Below, in pieces: positions 1 through 9,835 of a DNA stretch of 64,000 nucleotides. Under the pieces are notes generated by a model. That model did not search any database and had not been told where the DNA came from. It saw only the letters and a program-made list of their open reading frames with translations. Numbering within the stretch: the first letter of the stretch is position 1; every line of letters begins with the position of its first letter. This DNA is from a bacterium (lineage in GTDB: Bacteria > Moduliflexota > Moduliflexia > Moduliflexales > JAUQPW01), in contig JAUQPW010000009.1 of NCBI GenBank assembly GCA_030550175.1, positions 5,459 through 69,458 of the forward strand, written 5' to 3'. The position numbers and the translations under genes were made by a program.

Positions 1-70
1 GGTCGTATAACCCATTTAATGTCACCTTATTCAAAGATAGCTACTCAGACCTTCACTCCCGTTTCATCCC

Positions 71-298
71 TATACACGCCAGGATAAGAAGATTAGCCCC
101 AGTGGGGCAACCTGTTAATAGCCCCTGACCTAAGCCGGAGGAAACAGGATCTTATCCTCCTCTAAGCCCCAGCGGGGCGACCTGTTTAATGGAACACGGC
201 CAGGGAGCTTGAAAAAATTCAGAATCCCTCGACTTTCGTCGGGGGCTACCAACCATTCGCCCCTGATCGGGCTCTTTATCCTTATCCTGGCGTTTATA
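71..298. mobile_element. MITE-like element (family A, copy 1) containing REP-like GC hairpins
   Basis: TIRs TATACACGCCAGGATAAG (71-88) and CTTATCCTGGCGTTTATA (281-298) match at 17/18. Flanking direct repeats CGTTTCATCCC (60-70) / CGCTTCATCCC (299-309). Interior carries AGCCCC-N3-GGGGC hairpins. A near-copy lies in reverse orientation at 37803-38008. Confidence 0.7.
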
Positions 299-483
299 CG
301 CTTCATCCCCCTTCCTCCTCTCCTGAAGCTTCAGGAGAGGGGAGCGAGGGGGAGGGTAAGAACAAACAGATTAACCGGATTTTGTATGGTCTGTCCCCTT
401 ACAATTCAGAAGTTGTCTGAGGAAAAGAATATTTCAAAATAGCCGGGGAATTCAAGGAAAACTTTTAAATTTCTCCTTGAAGG

Positions 484-3400
484 CTAAACCACGTATCCAG
501 ACCATTCCACGGCTAATCGCATCAACCCCTTTTCCTTATCTTCATACAGAAGATATCCTTTTTCCATTCCGTACTGAAAAAGATCTCGAGTTAATTCAAC
601 ATCCCGACGGCAATGCTCGATAACCTTATCCAATTTTCCTTCCTTAAACCACTGCACCGTCTGTAATCCAGCTCCTAACTTACCCTGGTTCAAGGTCTTT
701 TCGCATAAATCCCCTAAAGATAATCGAAATTTGAACTTTTTATAAATCTCTTCTAAGATATCCAGCGTAGGAAGTTGGTTAAAATCAAAGGAGGTATAAG
801 CCTGGAGCACCGCATAGTCAAAATTTTTGATATTAAATCCTACGATGAGATCGGCTTTTTTTAGCCTTTCAACCAGTTGCGGAACCTGGGCTTCGGTATA
901 CCAATAAAACTGTTCCTCCAGGCTGTCATAGATAGCCCCAATCGCCAGCCCCATAAGATGCTTGTTCTGCCAGCCTCCTACCTCCTCGGCACTCCGCTGG
1001 GTCTCGATATCGAAATAGATTATGCGAGGAGCAGAAGATAAAGGCCAGGAGGTAGCTGTAATTAACCGGTTCCTCTCTCTTTTTTGCTCCAGGCCTTCTC
1101 TGTAATTCACCATCTCCTTTACGACCTCTCGTTCTCTTTTCCCGGGCAGATTTTTTTGTGGGGGTTCCGGTTGATAGGCATTCCCACTCTGTTTCTCCAC
1201 CGGCTCAGAAGGGAAAGGATCTCGACCCTTTAATTCACTCCCTTGCAGAGTAGGCCCTGATCCCTTGCCTCCCACTTCCTGTTTAGCCATCAGGGCTTTT
1301 AGAATCTGCACAGCCGCCTGCTTATCTAAAGGTTTATTCCCATTTCCACATTTGGGAGAATGGATACACGAGGGACATCCTTCTTCACAAGGGCACTCTT
1401 GAATGGCCAGCAGGGTACGGCTCAAAAACTCTTCGATCATCTCGTAACCCCGACGGGTTAATCCAATTCCTCCCGGGTAACCATCATAAATAAAAATGGC
1501 CGACTTGCCGACTTGGGGATGATAGGCATAGCTGATACCGCCGATATCATTTCGATCACAGATGGCAAACAGGGGAAAAAGGGAAATGGCCGCATGCTCT
1601 ACGGCATGAATCCCTCCCATAAAATGGAGCATTTGCCGTTTCACCATCTCCACCAGGGGATCTTTGATCTCAATCCAAAACCCGCGGGTTTCAAAACTCT
1701 GGGGTGGTAAATCCAGGGGGTGTGTACTCAGGAGGTCCTGTCCGAAGATTCGACGTTTCTCATACCCTATGATCCGTTCGGTTACTTTTAACCGACCTTC
1801 ACGCACGAAAAAATTGGCAACCGACTTACTTTGATCACAACTCAAGATTTGGGTATCTTTCTCTCCCAATGGCTTTGTGAAATAATCTACATTCACAGGT
1901 TCTACATAGATATTCTTTTGACCCAGGTCCAGGCGAATGACCCGATATTGTTGAGCCCGATGGAGATAAATAGCTCCCTCATGGCATTCGCTAAAAACTC
2001 GACCTCCGTTGACGTGCCCGATGATTTTTCGATCTTTTGCCGAAAGGATCACATAACCTTCTCCAATGGATCGAATATCGACCCATCGATGGGGATTTTT
2101 GGAGGAAGAAAACCATTTAGCCTCCGTTTCACTCTGGAGGAGTTTTCCCTCTCTAACCAAATCGGACAGGGCTTGTTGGACTTTCTTATTTTGATAGAAA
2201 GCTTCTCCACCTTGAATGGGAAGCTCGGCAGCAGCACAGAGAAGGTGAGATTTTAAAATAATCTCATTATCTGGATCCACAATGGCTTTTTCATAACTTC
2301 GATGGAAGAAATCTTCCGGATGATGCATGAAGTATTGGTCTAAAGCATCGGGAAGGGCCAATAAAACGATAAGGGCTTCGTTATCACCACGACCTACTCG
2401 TCCACTACGCTGCCAGGTACTGACTATGCTACCGGGATACCCCACCAGAATGCAACAATCCAGACCGCCGATATCAATCCCCATTTCCAGCGCACTGGTA
2501 GAAATAACCCCTATGAGTTCTCCTCGAAAGAGTTTTTGTTCGATCTCCCGGCGCTCCTCAGGTAGGAATCCCGCCCGGTAGGAACTGATTTTATCCCGAA
2601 GTTCCGGATGGGATTGAAGAATCCAGGTATAGATAAGCTCGGTAATTTTGCGGGCCTTGGTAAAAACAATGGTTTTAAGCCCGGCTTTAAGGGCCAGAAC
2701 CATTAACCTGGCAGCCTCGGTATAAGGGCTGCTGAAAGTGGGATTTAAAAACAGAAAATGCTTACCTCGACGAGGGGCTCCACTTTCCAAAATGACCTCA
2801 AAGGAGCTACCGAAGAGTTGCTCGGCCAATTCATCGGCGTTAGCTATGGTCGCTGAAGCGGAAATAAATTGAGGATAAGTTTGATAGTAACGGCAAATTC
2901 GATTAAACCTCCTGAAAACATGGAGAACATGGGAGCCAAAAACACCTTTGTAGGTATGAAGCTCATCGACCACCACATACCGCAGATTGCTAAAGAACTC
3001 TCTCCATTTGTAATGATATGCCAGGATTCCCAGATGGAGCATATCCGGTGTGGTTAGCAAAATATGAGGAAGTTGAGATCGGATCTTCTCTCGCTGATAA
3101 GCCGGGGTATCTCCGTCGTAAATCTCTGCTTTTATAACTCCCCCCAGCCGATTACTTAGGTTTCGAATGATTTTGAGCTGATCTTGTTCTAAGGCTTTCA
3201 GGGGAAAAATAAACAAAGCCCGCGTGGTCGGATTACTTAAAATCCTCTGAAAAACAGGAACATTATAAACCAGGGTTTTACCGCTGGCCGTAGGAGTACC
3301 TATCACAATATGTCGACCAGACTTTATCTGTTCTATAGCTTCGGCTTGATGGCTGTAAAACGAGTGAATTCCCTCCTCCTTAAGGGCTTTACGTAAATCA

Positions 3401-3531
3401 GGATGGAGCGTCTGAACTATATCCCGATACCGGGCCTTTTGGGGCGGGATGAAATGGTGATAGGTCAAGATCTGCCGATATCCCTCCATCTGACTTAGTT
3501 TTTCTATAAAACGCCTGAGATCATACTCCAT
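484..3531 (-). CDS. DEAD/DEAH-box helicase (MrfA/DUF1998 type) fused to a C-terminal RNase H-like DEDD exonuclease domain (YprB/MrfB-like)
   Basis: Walker A TPTASGKT, DELH, SAT, QRSGRVGR, Zn-binding CDRND...CPCEEGCPSC. C-terminal FDIETQ...GFNIKNFD...HCRRDV. Start moved from 3651 to ATG 3531 (MEYDLRRF) by inference. Confidence 0.88.
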   Translation of the reverse strand: MEYDLRRFIEKLSQMEGYRQILTYHHFIPPQKARYRDIVQTLHPDLRKALKEEGIHSFYSHQAEAIEQIKSGRHIVIGTPTASGKTLVYNVPVFQRILSNPTTRALFIFPLKALEQDQLKIIRNLSNRLGGVIKAEIYDGDTPAYQREKIRSQLPHILLTTPDMLHLGILAYHYKWREFFSNLRYVVVDELHTYKGVFGSHVLHVFRRFNRICRYYQTYPQFISASATIANADELAEQLFGSSFEVILESGAPRRGKHFLFLNPTFSSPYTEAARLMVLALKAGLKTIVFTKARKITELIYTWILQSHPELRDKISSYRAGFLPEERREIEQKLFRGELIGVISTSALEMGIDIGGLDCCILVGYPGSIVSTWQRSGRVGRGDNEALIVLLALPDALDQYFMHHPEDFFHRSYEKAIVDPDNEIILKSHLLCAAAELPIQGGEAFYQNKKVQQALSDLVREGKLLQSETEAKWFSSSKNPHRWVDIRSIGEGYVILSAKDRKIIGHVNGGRVFSECHEGAIYLHRAQQYRVIRLDLGQKNIYVEPVNVDYFTKPLGEKDTQILSCDQSKSVANFFVREGRLKVTERIIGYEKRRIFGQDLLSTHPLDLPPQSFETRGFWIEIKDPLVEMVKRQMLHFMGGIHAVEHAAISLFPLFAICDRNDIGGISYAYHPQVGKSAIFIYDGYPGGIGLTRRGYEMIEEFLSRTLLAIQECPCEEGCPSCIHSPKCGNGNKPLDKQAAVQILKALMAKQEVGGKGSGPTLQGSELKGRDPFPSEPVEKQSGNAYQPEPPQKNLPGKREREVVKEMVNYREGLEQKRERNRLITATSWPLSSAPRIIYFDIETQRSAEEVGGWQNKHLMGLAIGAIYDSLEEQFYWYTEAQVPQLVERLKKADLIVGFNIKNFDYAVLQAYTSFDFNQLPTLDILEEIYKKFKFRLSLGDLCEKTLNQGKLGAGLQTVQWFKEGKLDKVIEHCRRDVELTRDLFQYGMEKGYLLYEDKEKGLMRLAVEWSGYVV

Positions 3532-3701
3532 ACTGAATCTATCCGTCAAAAAACGCCTGTTTTTTATCAGGCATCCACTCCACAGGCCTTTTACCTGTTC
3601 ACCTTGGGCGCAAGACTCTGTTTTTTTAGCAACCCTCAGGTAAACCCTCAACAGGACCGAAGTAAGCGTCTCACCTTATAAATCTAAATTAACGCTCCCA
3701 T

Positions 3702-5540
3702 TCAGGAAGCGTCCATCTTTTTTAAAATCTTAATTCCAAAATGATGATCTGTAAGCGGCTCATAAAAGATCCGTTCTAAAGGGATGTAGGAACTCTTCAC
3801 CCAATCCAGGATGGGCTTTCCAAAGTTGGGATCCCTACCAAAATATCCCACACCATGCTCATTGCTATCGCTGTGGACAAGAATAATAAACTGCGGGGGA
3901 TGGGTCTTAAAGGATTCCAGAACCTGTTCGCTTCCACCGTTCATTTCAAGACCTATGGGCATGTTGTAGATATATCGGGTTGGACTTATCCTGCGGGATA
4001 AATAGTTTAGCATCACACCTTCTGGAAGTGCTACAAATCCTATCTCACGGGGTATCAACTCTTCAATCCGTTGGAGTGCCTGTGCCATTGCAACTCCGGT
4101 AAGATCCACCCGGGGGCCATAGGTCAGGATGGTATCTCCATTTTCTCCCACGGCAAAATCTTTGTAACGATAAAATTTATTCGATACCTGAAAATGAAAA
4201 ACTATTCCGGCTACGATTAAAGCTATTATCAGACCCTGAAAGAGATCTCCTGGCCTGTATTTCTTGCCAAGTAACTCTGGAAGAAGACCGAGAAGCGAGG
4301 CTACCAGTAGAAGGGTAGCCGGCATGGCAAGGACAAAGCCATAATTGAACAAGCGGGCATTTAGAATGATTTTCCACAGAAGTACAAAGGCAAACATGGC
4401 CCACAGGGCCATCGAGCCCATCCGGATTTTAACATCGGGCCTGGTATGCTTCCTCAAACAAAGGATGGTACAGACTGCTCCCACTACTAAAGTGATCGGT
4501 GGAAGCGTCCGACCTATGCTAAACCAGGGTATCAGCCCGGGTTTTGCCATGAGTAAACCGCCAAGACCAACACCGAGGAGAATAACCGGAACTGTTCGAT
4601 GGATCCATAACGGACGCAGACTCCTGTCGGCTATCAGGCAGCTCCCTATCCAGAGGATCATCCCTCCCAATACCTTTAACATGAGAAAGAAATTGGACCC
4701 AGGCTGATCCAGTCCGGAGCTCCTGAGATAAAAGGTACGACTGAGAACCGGACTTCCCGCCAGGGACGTCCAGGCCCCGGCCGTTGCACGAACTGCCTCA
4801 CCCACGGACATATACCGGGAGAAAAAAATAAAGAACAACAGAGAAGGTAACAGGGCCACCGCATGGAATACAAGAACTACTTTTAAGACTTGAGTCTTCG
4901 GAGCCTGGGTAAGGTTACCGATCAGTACCAGCCCAAGCTCTGCCGTTGCAAGGGCTGCCAGACCCACCTCCGGCTTGGTTAAGATAACTAACCCCAGACA
5001 TAACCCGGCCCCTCCTATGAAACCCGATTGTCGCTCAAGCAGGTAACGGATAAAGAAGAAAATCATCACCACCGTCAAGGCAGTTCCGTGGGTGAGGGCA
5101 TGGGAATAGGGACAAACAAAATTATAATTCCCATTGGGAACATACTGGGAAAAGGCAAAGATAAAAAGAAAAACCAGACCACATAAGGTTGCTATAAAGT
5201 AGTTAAACATGACTTTGAAAATCCGGTAGATCAAAAGGGTAATTCCAGCCAGAATGATCAGATTACAGATTATCAATGTTGTCAGGGAAACCCCAAAGAG
5301 ACGGAACCAGAGGGCGTTGAGGTAAGAGGGAAGGGGACCAAAATACCAAAATATGTCCCGATACAATACCTTTCCTTGTGAAAGCTGCCAGGGAATATAG
5401 AGTTCGTGCCCAAAATCCACCAGGATATCCGGCCATTTACGCCAACTCCAGATGGATAGCGCCAAAAAAGCTACACCAAGCAAGCTTATACACCAGGCCT
5501 CTTCACGAAGGAAGGAATTCTTCGTTTTTTCAATTTCCAT
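3702..5540 (-). CDS. Multi-pass membrane glycosyltransferase, GT-C fold (ArnT/PMT, family 39-like)
   Basis: N-terminal VDFGHELY...GKVLYRD motif, more than 10 hydrophobic helices, soluble C-terminal domain; divergent from a glycan cluster. Confidence 0.7.
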   Translation of the reverse strand: MEIEKTKNSFLREEAWCISLLGVAFLALSIWSWRKWPDILVDFGHELYIPWQLSQGKVLYRDIFWYFGPLPSYLNALWFRLFGVSLTTLIICNLIILAGITLLIYRIFKVMFNYFIATLCGLVFLFIFAFSQYVPNGNYNFVCPYSHALTHGTALTVVMIFFFIRYLLERQSGFIGGAGLCLGLVILTKPEVGLAALATAELGLVLIGNLTQAPKTQVLKVVLVFHAVALLPSLLFFIFFSRYMSVGEAVRATAGAWTSLAGSPVLSRTFYLRSSGLDQPGSNFFLMLKVLGGMILWIGSCLIADRSLRPLWIHRTVPVILLGVGLGGLLMAKPGLIPWFSIGRTLPPITLVVGAVCTILCLRKHTRPDVKIRMGSMALWAMFAFVLLWKIILNARLFNYGFVLAMPATLLLVASLLGLLPELLGKKYRPGDLFQGLIIALIVAGIVFHFQVSNKFYRYKDFAVGENGDTILTYGPRVDLTGVAMAQALQRIEELIPREIGFVALPEGVMLNYLSRRISPTRYIYNMPIGLEMNGGSEQVLESFKTHPPQFIILVHSDSNEHGVGYFGRDPNFGKPILDWVKSSYIPLERIFYEPLTDHHFGIKILKKMDAS

Positions 5541-5792
5541 GGCTCAGGTATTTATAAATTCTTCTGTCTCCCAGGAAAGTAACACTTTTCCAGGTCAGGG
5601 ATGAATCTCTCAGGACGGAGAAAACTACAAGCCGAAGCCTCAGGGGAGGGATGGAGCGATCTCTTCGCTTCTACCCCTAACCAACAGATTGTTTTATTTC
5701 GCATCTGCCGTTACCCACGATGACAGACTCGATATTATTTTTAATTTGAAGAGGTATACCTTTTAAACTGGTATCCGTCAAGCACTTTTTAC

Positions 5793-5820
5793 TTGACACC
5801 GGTCGGCTTATTGCCATAGT
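5793..5820 (+). promoter_or_regulatory. Putative sigma70 promoter of the glycan operon
   Basis: TTGACA-N16-CATAGT with TG upstream of the -10. A divergent TTGACG-N17-TATACC lies on the minus strand at about 5753-5781. Confidence 0.45.
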
Positions 5821-5862
5821 CTTCGGACATAAGAGTTTTTATTGAAAATGGGGAGATAACCC

Positions 5863-6774
5863 GTGATTACGGTCAAAACAAAACGAACCGACTTAACTAC
5901 TCTAAAAGCCATTCTAAAGACCATGCGTCCCAAGCAGTGGACGAAAAACCTTATCATCTTTGCAGGTCTTATTTTCTCCCTGAATTTATTTAAGCCTCCC
6001 TTATTTGCAAAAACCTTTGCTGCTTTTGTTGTCTTCTGCCTTCTATCTGGAGCCGTTTATATTATCAATGATATAAAAGATCTGGAGAGGGATAAAAATC
6101 ATCCCTTGAAATCTAAAAGGCCCCTTGCTTCGGGGGAACTTACAATTTCTTCGGCCATTTTCGCCTTGATCTTTCTGATCCCGGGCTCTCTTCTGATTTC
6201 TTTTATGCTTAACCCCAATTTTGGCTATATCGCCGTACTTTATTTAATTCTTTCAACTCTGTACTCGTTTTATTTTAAACACACGGTCATTCTGGATGTG
6301 TTGATTAATTCCATTGGATTTGTTTTAAGAGCGGTTGCTGGAGCGGTAGTCATTCAGGTGGTAATTTCTCCCTGGCTTTTTATCTGTACCATCCTTCTGG
6401 CCCTTTTCCTGGGTCTGGGAAAGCGAAGGCACGAGTTGGTCCTTTTAGGAGACGGAGCCCTGAATCATCGAAAGATTCTAGAAGAGTACAGTCCGGAGCT
6501 TTTAGATCAAATGATTGCAGTGGTAACGGCTTCAACGGTGATGGCCTATTCCCTATATACCATGGCCCCCGAGACCAAAGAAAAATTGCATACCCCTTAT
6601 ATGAATCTGACGATCCCCTTTGTACTTTACGGGATCTTTCGCTATCTTTACCTGATTCATAAACGAGAGGAGGGGGGAGATCCTTCCTTAGTTTTGTTGA
6701 CAGATAAGCCGATGCTCATTGATGTGATCTTATGGATGCTAACCACGGTAATTTTGATTTACTACGTCCATTGA
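5863..6774 (+). CDS. UbiA-family decaprenyl-phosphate phosphoribosyltransferase-like protein
   Basis: MRPKQWTKN, YIINDIKDLERDKNHPLKSKRPLASG, LGKRRHEL, YGIFRYLY...GGDP motifs typical of this UbiA subfamily. Confidence 0.85.
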   Translation: MITVKTKRTDLTTLKAILKTMRPKQWTKNLIIFAGLIFSLNLFKPPLFAKTFAAFVVFCLLSGAVYIINDIKDLERDKNHPLKSKRPLASGELTISSAIFALIFLIPGSLLISFMLNPNFGYIAVLYLILSTLYSFYFKHTVILDVLINSIGFVLRAVAGAVVIQVVISPWLFICTILLALFLGLGKRRHELVLLGDGALNHRKILEEYSPELLDQMIAVVTASTVMAYSLYTMAPETKEKLHTPYMNLTIPFVLYGIFRYLYLIHKREEGGDPSLVLLTDKPMLIDVILWMLTTVILIYYVH

Positions 6775-6840
6775 TCGGTAGAACCATCCGCTGTTTCGTG
6801 AAAGAACGAATCAGCACTTTGGGTGAGAAAACTAATTATT

Positions 6841-7317
6841 ATGGATACCTTTTCGATTAACACGGAAGATATAGATGTAGCAAAGATCATGAAGCAAATC
6901 CAGGAGCGGGTCTTGGAGAAAAAAAAGGCCGGAGTCTATACCGATGAAGAGATCCGGGAAGTGAGCGAACTGAAAAACCAAATCTCGCCCCAGAAAGAAG
7001 GATCCTATGGAGAGCTGGCACTGCATTTGCGACGTTTGCACCATAACTGGGAGGTAGCAACTAGTGCGGCCTTAATCACCTCCCACCGCAGGATTCTGGG
7101 ACCTTTTATCGTTGCTTTAAAAAAAATAGGATTTCGTATCTTTCGATTTATTGCCCATCCCTTTGTTATCCGACAAACCGAGTTCAATGCCGCCTCCGTT
7201 CGATTCGCTTCGGTCCTGATGGATGAACTTTCTCGATTGGCACAGGAAAATAAGGAACTCAAAGAAAAGCAGGAAAAACTCTTGCAAGAGATGGAAGAGC
7301 TGAAACGTAAGATTTAA
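6841..7317 (+). CDS. Hypothetical coiled-coil protein of the glycan cluster
   Basis: ITSHRRILGP...RQTEFN segment plus C-terminal heptads, a pattern commonly seen next to glycosyl/methyltransferases. ATG 6841 preferred over GTG 6823. Confidence 0.6.
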   Translation: MDTFSINTEDIDVAKIMKQIQERVLEKKKAGVYTDEEIREVSELKNQISPQKEGSYGELALHLRRLHHNWEVATSAALITSHRRILGPFIVALKKIGFRIFRFIAHPFVIRQTEFNAASVRFASVLMDELSRLAQENKELKEKQEKLLQEMEELKRKI

Positions 7318-7399
7318 GCTATCAGGATTCAGAGGAGTTGGAGGTTTCCTATAAAAATTTTTAATAACTCTGGATTCTCTGGGTTCCGATGGCTTCGCT

Positions 7400-8569
7400 A
7401 TGAAAATCGCCTTTGTTGTCCAAAGATACGGTCTGGAGGTGCAGGGTGGCTCTGAAAGTCTCTGTCGTTCCATTGCAGAACAGATGAAAAAGTACTTCCA
7501 GGTAGAGGTTTTGACAACTTGTGCAGTAGATTACCTGACCTGGAAGGATTATTATCCATCGGGTCCGGTGGAGGTTAATGGGGTCCTCGTCCGCAGGTTT
7601 TCAACCCATCCGCCCCGAGATATGAACCGATTCAATACGTTTGTTCGAAAACGTATTGCAAACCAAAAACCTTCTCTACCAGACCAGATAGAATGGATGT
7701 GGCTCCAGGGGCCGCTTACCTTTGATTTAATAAGATATCTTAAAGAATCCCGAGAAGAATATGACCTATTTATCTTCTTTACTTACAGTTACTTTACCAC
7801 TTACATGGGAATTCAAATCGTTCCGGATAAAAGCCTCTTAGTTCCAACCGCCCATGACGAACCTCACCTCTATCTTGACATCTTTAAACCGATTTTTCAC
7901 CTTCCCAGGGCCATCATTTACAATACAGAAGAGGAAAAACGTTTAGTCCAGCGAGTATTTGGTAATACCCATATTCCCAGCGAGGTTGTGGGAAGCGGGG
8001 TTTCTGAAATGGAAGATTCCGGCGTTGATAGGTTCGAGAGTCTCTCCATAACGGATCCTTATATTCTCTACATGGGAAGGATTGACGTCATGAAAGGTTG
8101 CAAAGAGCTTCTGGATTATTTCATCCGCTATGTAGCGGATACCGGCAGGAACATAAAACTGGTTTTAGCGGGAAATAATTTCATGCAAATTCCGAAACAC
8201 CCTCAAATCTTCCATGTGGGCTATGTGGGGCAAAGGGCAAAATATAAGCTTATGGAACAGGCCAGGGTTTTAGTCAACCCTTCTGAGTACGAAAGCCTGT
8301 CTTTGAGTGTACTTGAATCCTGGTCCGTTGGAACACCGGTATTGGTGAATGGTTGCTCTGAGGTTCTGGTAGGCCATTGTTTACGAAGTCAGGGAGGACT
8401 CTATTACACCAACTATGGAGAATTCAGCCTTTGCCTGGATCTGCTCCTCTCTCAACCCGAACTTCGAGTAAAAATGGGTGAATACGGACGTCGGTATGTA
8501 CGCACCAATTATACCTGGGATACCGTTGAAGAAAAGTATCTTAAGTTGATTATGGCTGTTAAAGGCTAG
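7400..8569 (+). CDS. Glycosyltransferase family 4
   Basis: MKIAFVVQRYG...GGSE, GRIDVMKG, PSEYESLSLSVLE (EX7E). Confidence 0.9.
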   Translation: MKIAFVVQRYGLEVQGGSESLCRSIAEQMKKYFQVEVLTTCAVDYLTWKDYYPSGPVEVNGVLVRRFSTHPPRDMNRFNTFVRKRIANQKPSLPDQIEWMWLQGPLTFDLIRYLKESREEYDLFIFFTYSYFTTYMGIQIVPDKSLLVPTAHDEPHLYLDIFKPIFHLPRAIIYNTEEEKRLVQRVFGNTHIPSEVVGSGVSEMEDSGVDRFESLSITDPYILYMGRIDVMKGCKELLDYFIRYVADTGRNIKLVLAGNNFMQIPKHPQIFHVGYVGQRAKYKLMEQARVLVNPSEYESLSLSVLESWSVGTPVLVNGCSEVLVGHCLRSQGGLYYTNYGEFSLCLDLLLSQPELRVKMGEYGRRYVRTNYTWDTVEEKYLKLIMAVKG

Positions 8570-8701
8570 GGGGTAGTAGACCATGGATTGTGAAAGCTTT
8601 CAAGAACAAAAACTGTTGCCTTTAAAAGTAAGAATGGGAAATTCCCTGATGAGAAGCTTTCTTGCCCACCCTCTACTGCCCATGAATCGGTGGCTGCGGT
8701 A

Positions 8702-9766
8702 ATGAGACAGATTCATCAAATCCTTCCTTGTCTAACTTCTGGAGATGCCATCGGGAATCATACTTTGGAAATTCAGGAGATTCTTCATAGATGGGGATAC
8801 ACTTCTCACATCTTTGCCGATGATATCCATCGAGAGATGCGTCCATTTGCGAAACCTTACCTTCAATACAAGAAGTATAGCTCGCCGGATAACCTGCTGA
8901 TTTATCATTTCTCGGTAGGATCTCCCGTCTCAAAACTGGTCCGGACATTACCCGATAAAAAGATCCTGATCTATCATAACATTACACCTCCGGAATTTTT
9001 GAGGGGATTTGAAGATTTCACCTACGAAGTTCTTAAAAGAGGTCGGGAGGAACTAAGAGATTATCGAGAGGTCTGTCAACTGGCTTTAGGAGACTCCGAG
9101 TTTAACCGATTAGAACTGGAGGAAATGGGTTTTAAGTCAACCGGAGTCTTACCGATTATCATTGATTTCGAGAAATACAAGACCCTTCCCAGGCTATCCA
9201 TCGTGGAAAAGTACCGGGATGATTATGTTAACCTGCTTTTTGTAGGCCGGATCATCCCCAACAAAAGACAGGAGGATGTTCTCCTGGCTTTTTATTTTTA
9301 TAAAAAATATATCAACCCCAAATCCCGGCTCTTCCTGGTAGGACTCAACGGTATTGAGAGATATGACTTTATGCTGGAAGAGCTGATCAGAAGGCTAAAA
9401 CTGGACGATGTTTATTTCACCGGGAAGGTTCAGTTCGAGGAGTTACTGGCTTATTACCATATCGCCCATGTATTCCTCTGTATGAGTGAACACGAGGGAT
9501 TTTGTGTTCCCCTGGTCGAGTCCATGTATTTTAAAATTCCCATAATCGCCTACAAGGCAGGAAGTATTCCCTACACCCTGGGCAATTCAGGTATCCTCGT
9601 TAACTCCAAAAAATACGAAGAAATTGCCGAAATGATCCATCTCCTGGTGGAAGATTCCAACCTCAGGAGAAAAGTAATCGAATCTCAGACGCAACGACTG
9701 GCTTTCTTCCATAAATCCAGACTTGAAGAGATACTCAGAAAGTATATCCAGCAGGTAGTGGGTTGA
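8702..9766 (+). CDS. Glycosyltransferase family 4
   Basis: GDAIGN, YHNITPP, FVGRIIPNKR, SEHEGFCVPLVE. Confidence 0.9.
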   Translation: MRQIHQILPCLTSGDAIGNHTLEIQEILHRWGYTSHIFADDIHREMRPFAKPYLQYKKYSSPDNLLIYHFSVGSPVSKLVRTLPDKKILIYHNITPPEFLRGFEDFTYEVLKRGREELRDYREVCQLALGDSEFNRLELEEMGFKSTGVLPIIIDFEKYKTLPRLSIVEKYRDDYVNLLFVGRIIPNKRQEDVLLAFYFYKKYINPKSRLFLVGLNGIERYDFMLEELIRRLKLDDVYFTGKVQFEELLAYYHIAHVFLCMSEHEGFCVPLVESMYFKIPIIAYKAGSIPYTLGNSGILVNSKKYEEIAEMIHLLVEDSNLRRKVIESQTQRLAFFHKSRLEEILRKYIQQVVG

Positions 9767-9835
9767 AAGACGCAGGGGGTTAGTTTTCTCTCCGTGTGTC
9801 TTAAAAATCCCCACGTCTTGCATTCCTGTAGTAGC

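Noticed and set aside
209-442. 77-aa ORF
   Set aside because: Runs through MITE/REP palindromes with no SD or protein-like features. The same applies to the ORF at 41452-41640.
5560-5680. Glycine-riboswitch-like words (TTTTCCAGGT, GAATCTCTCAGG, GGAGA...GCCGAAG)
   Set aside because: The motifs are not in the canonical order, lie upstream of the predicted plus-strand promoter, and the flanking genes are unrelated to glycine. An Rfam covariance search would settle it.
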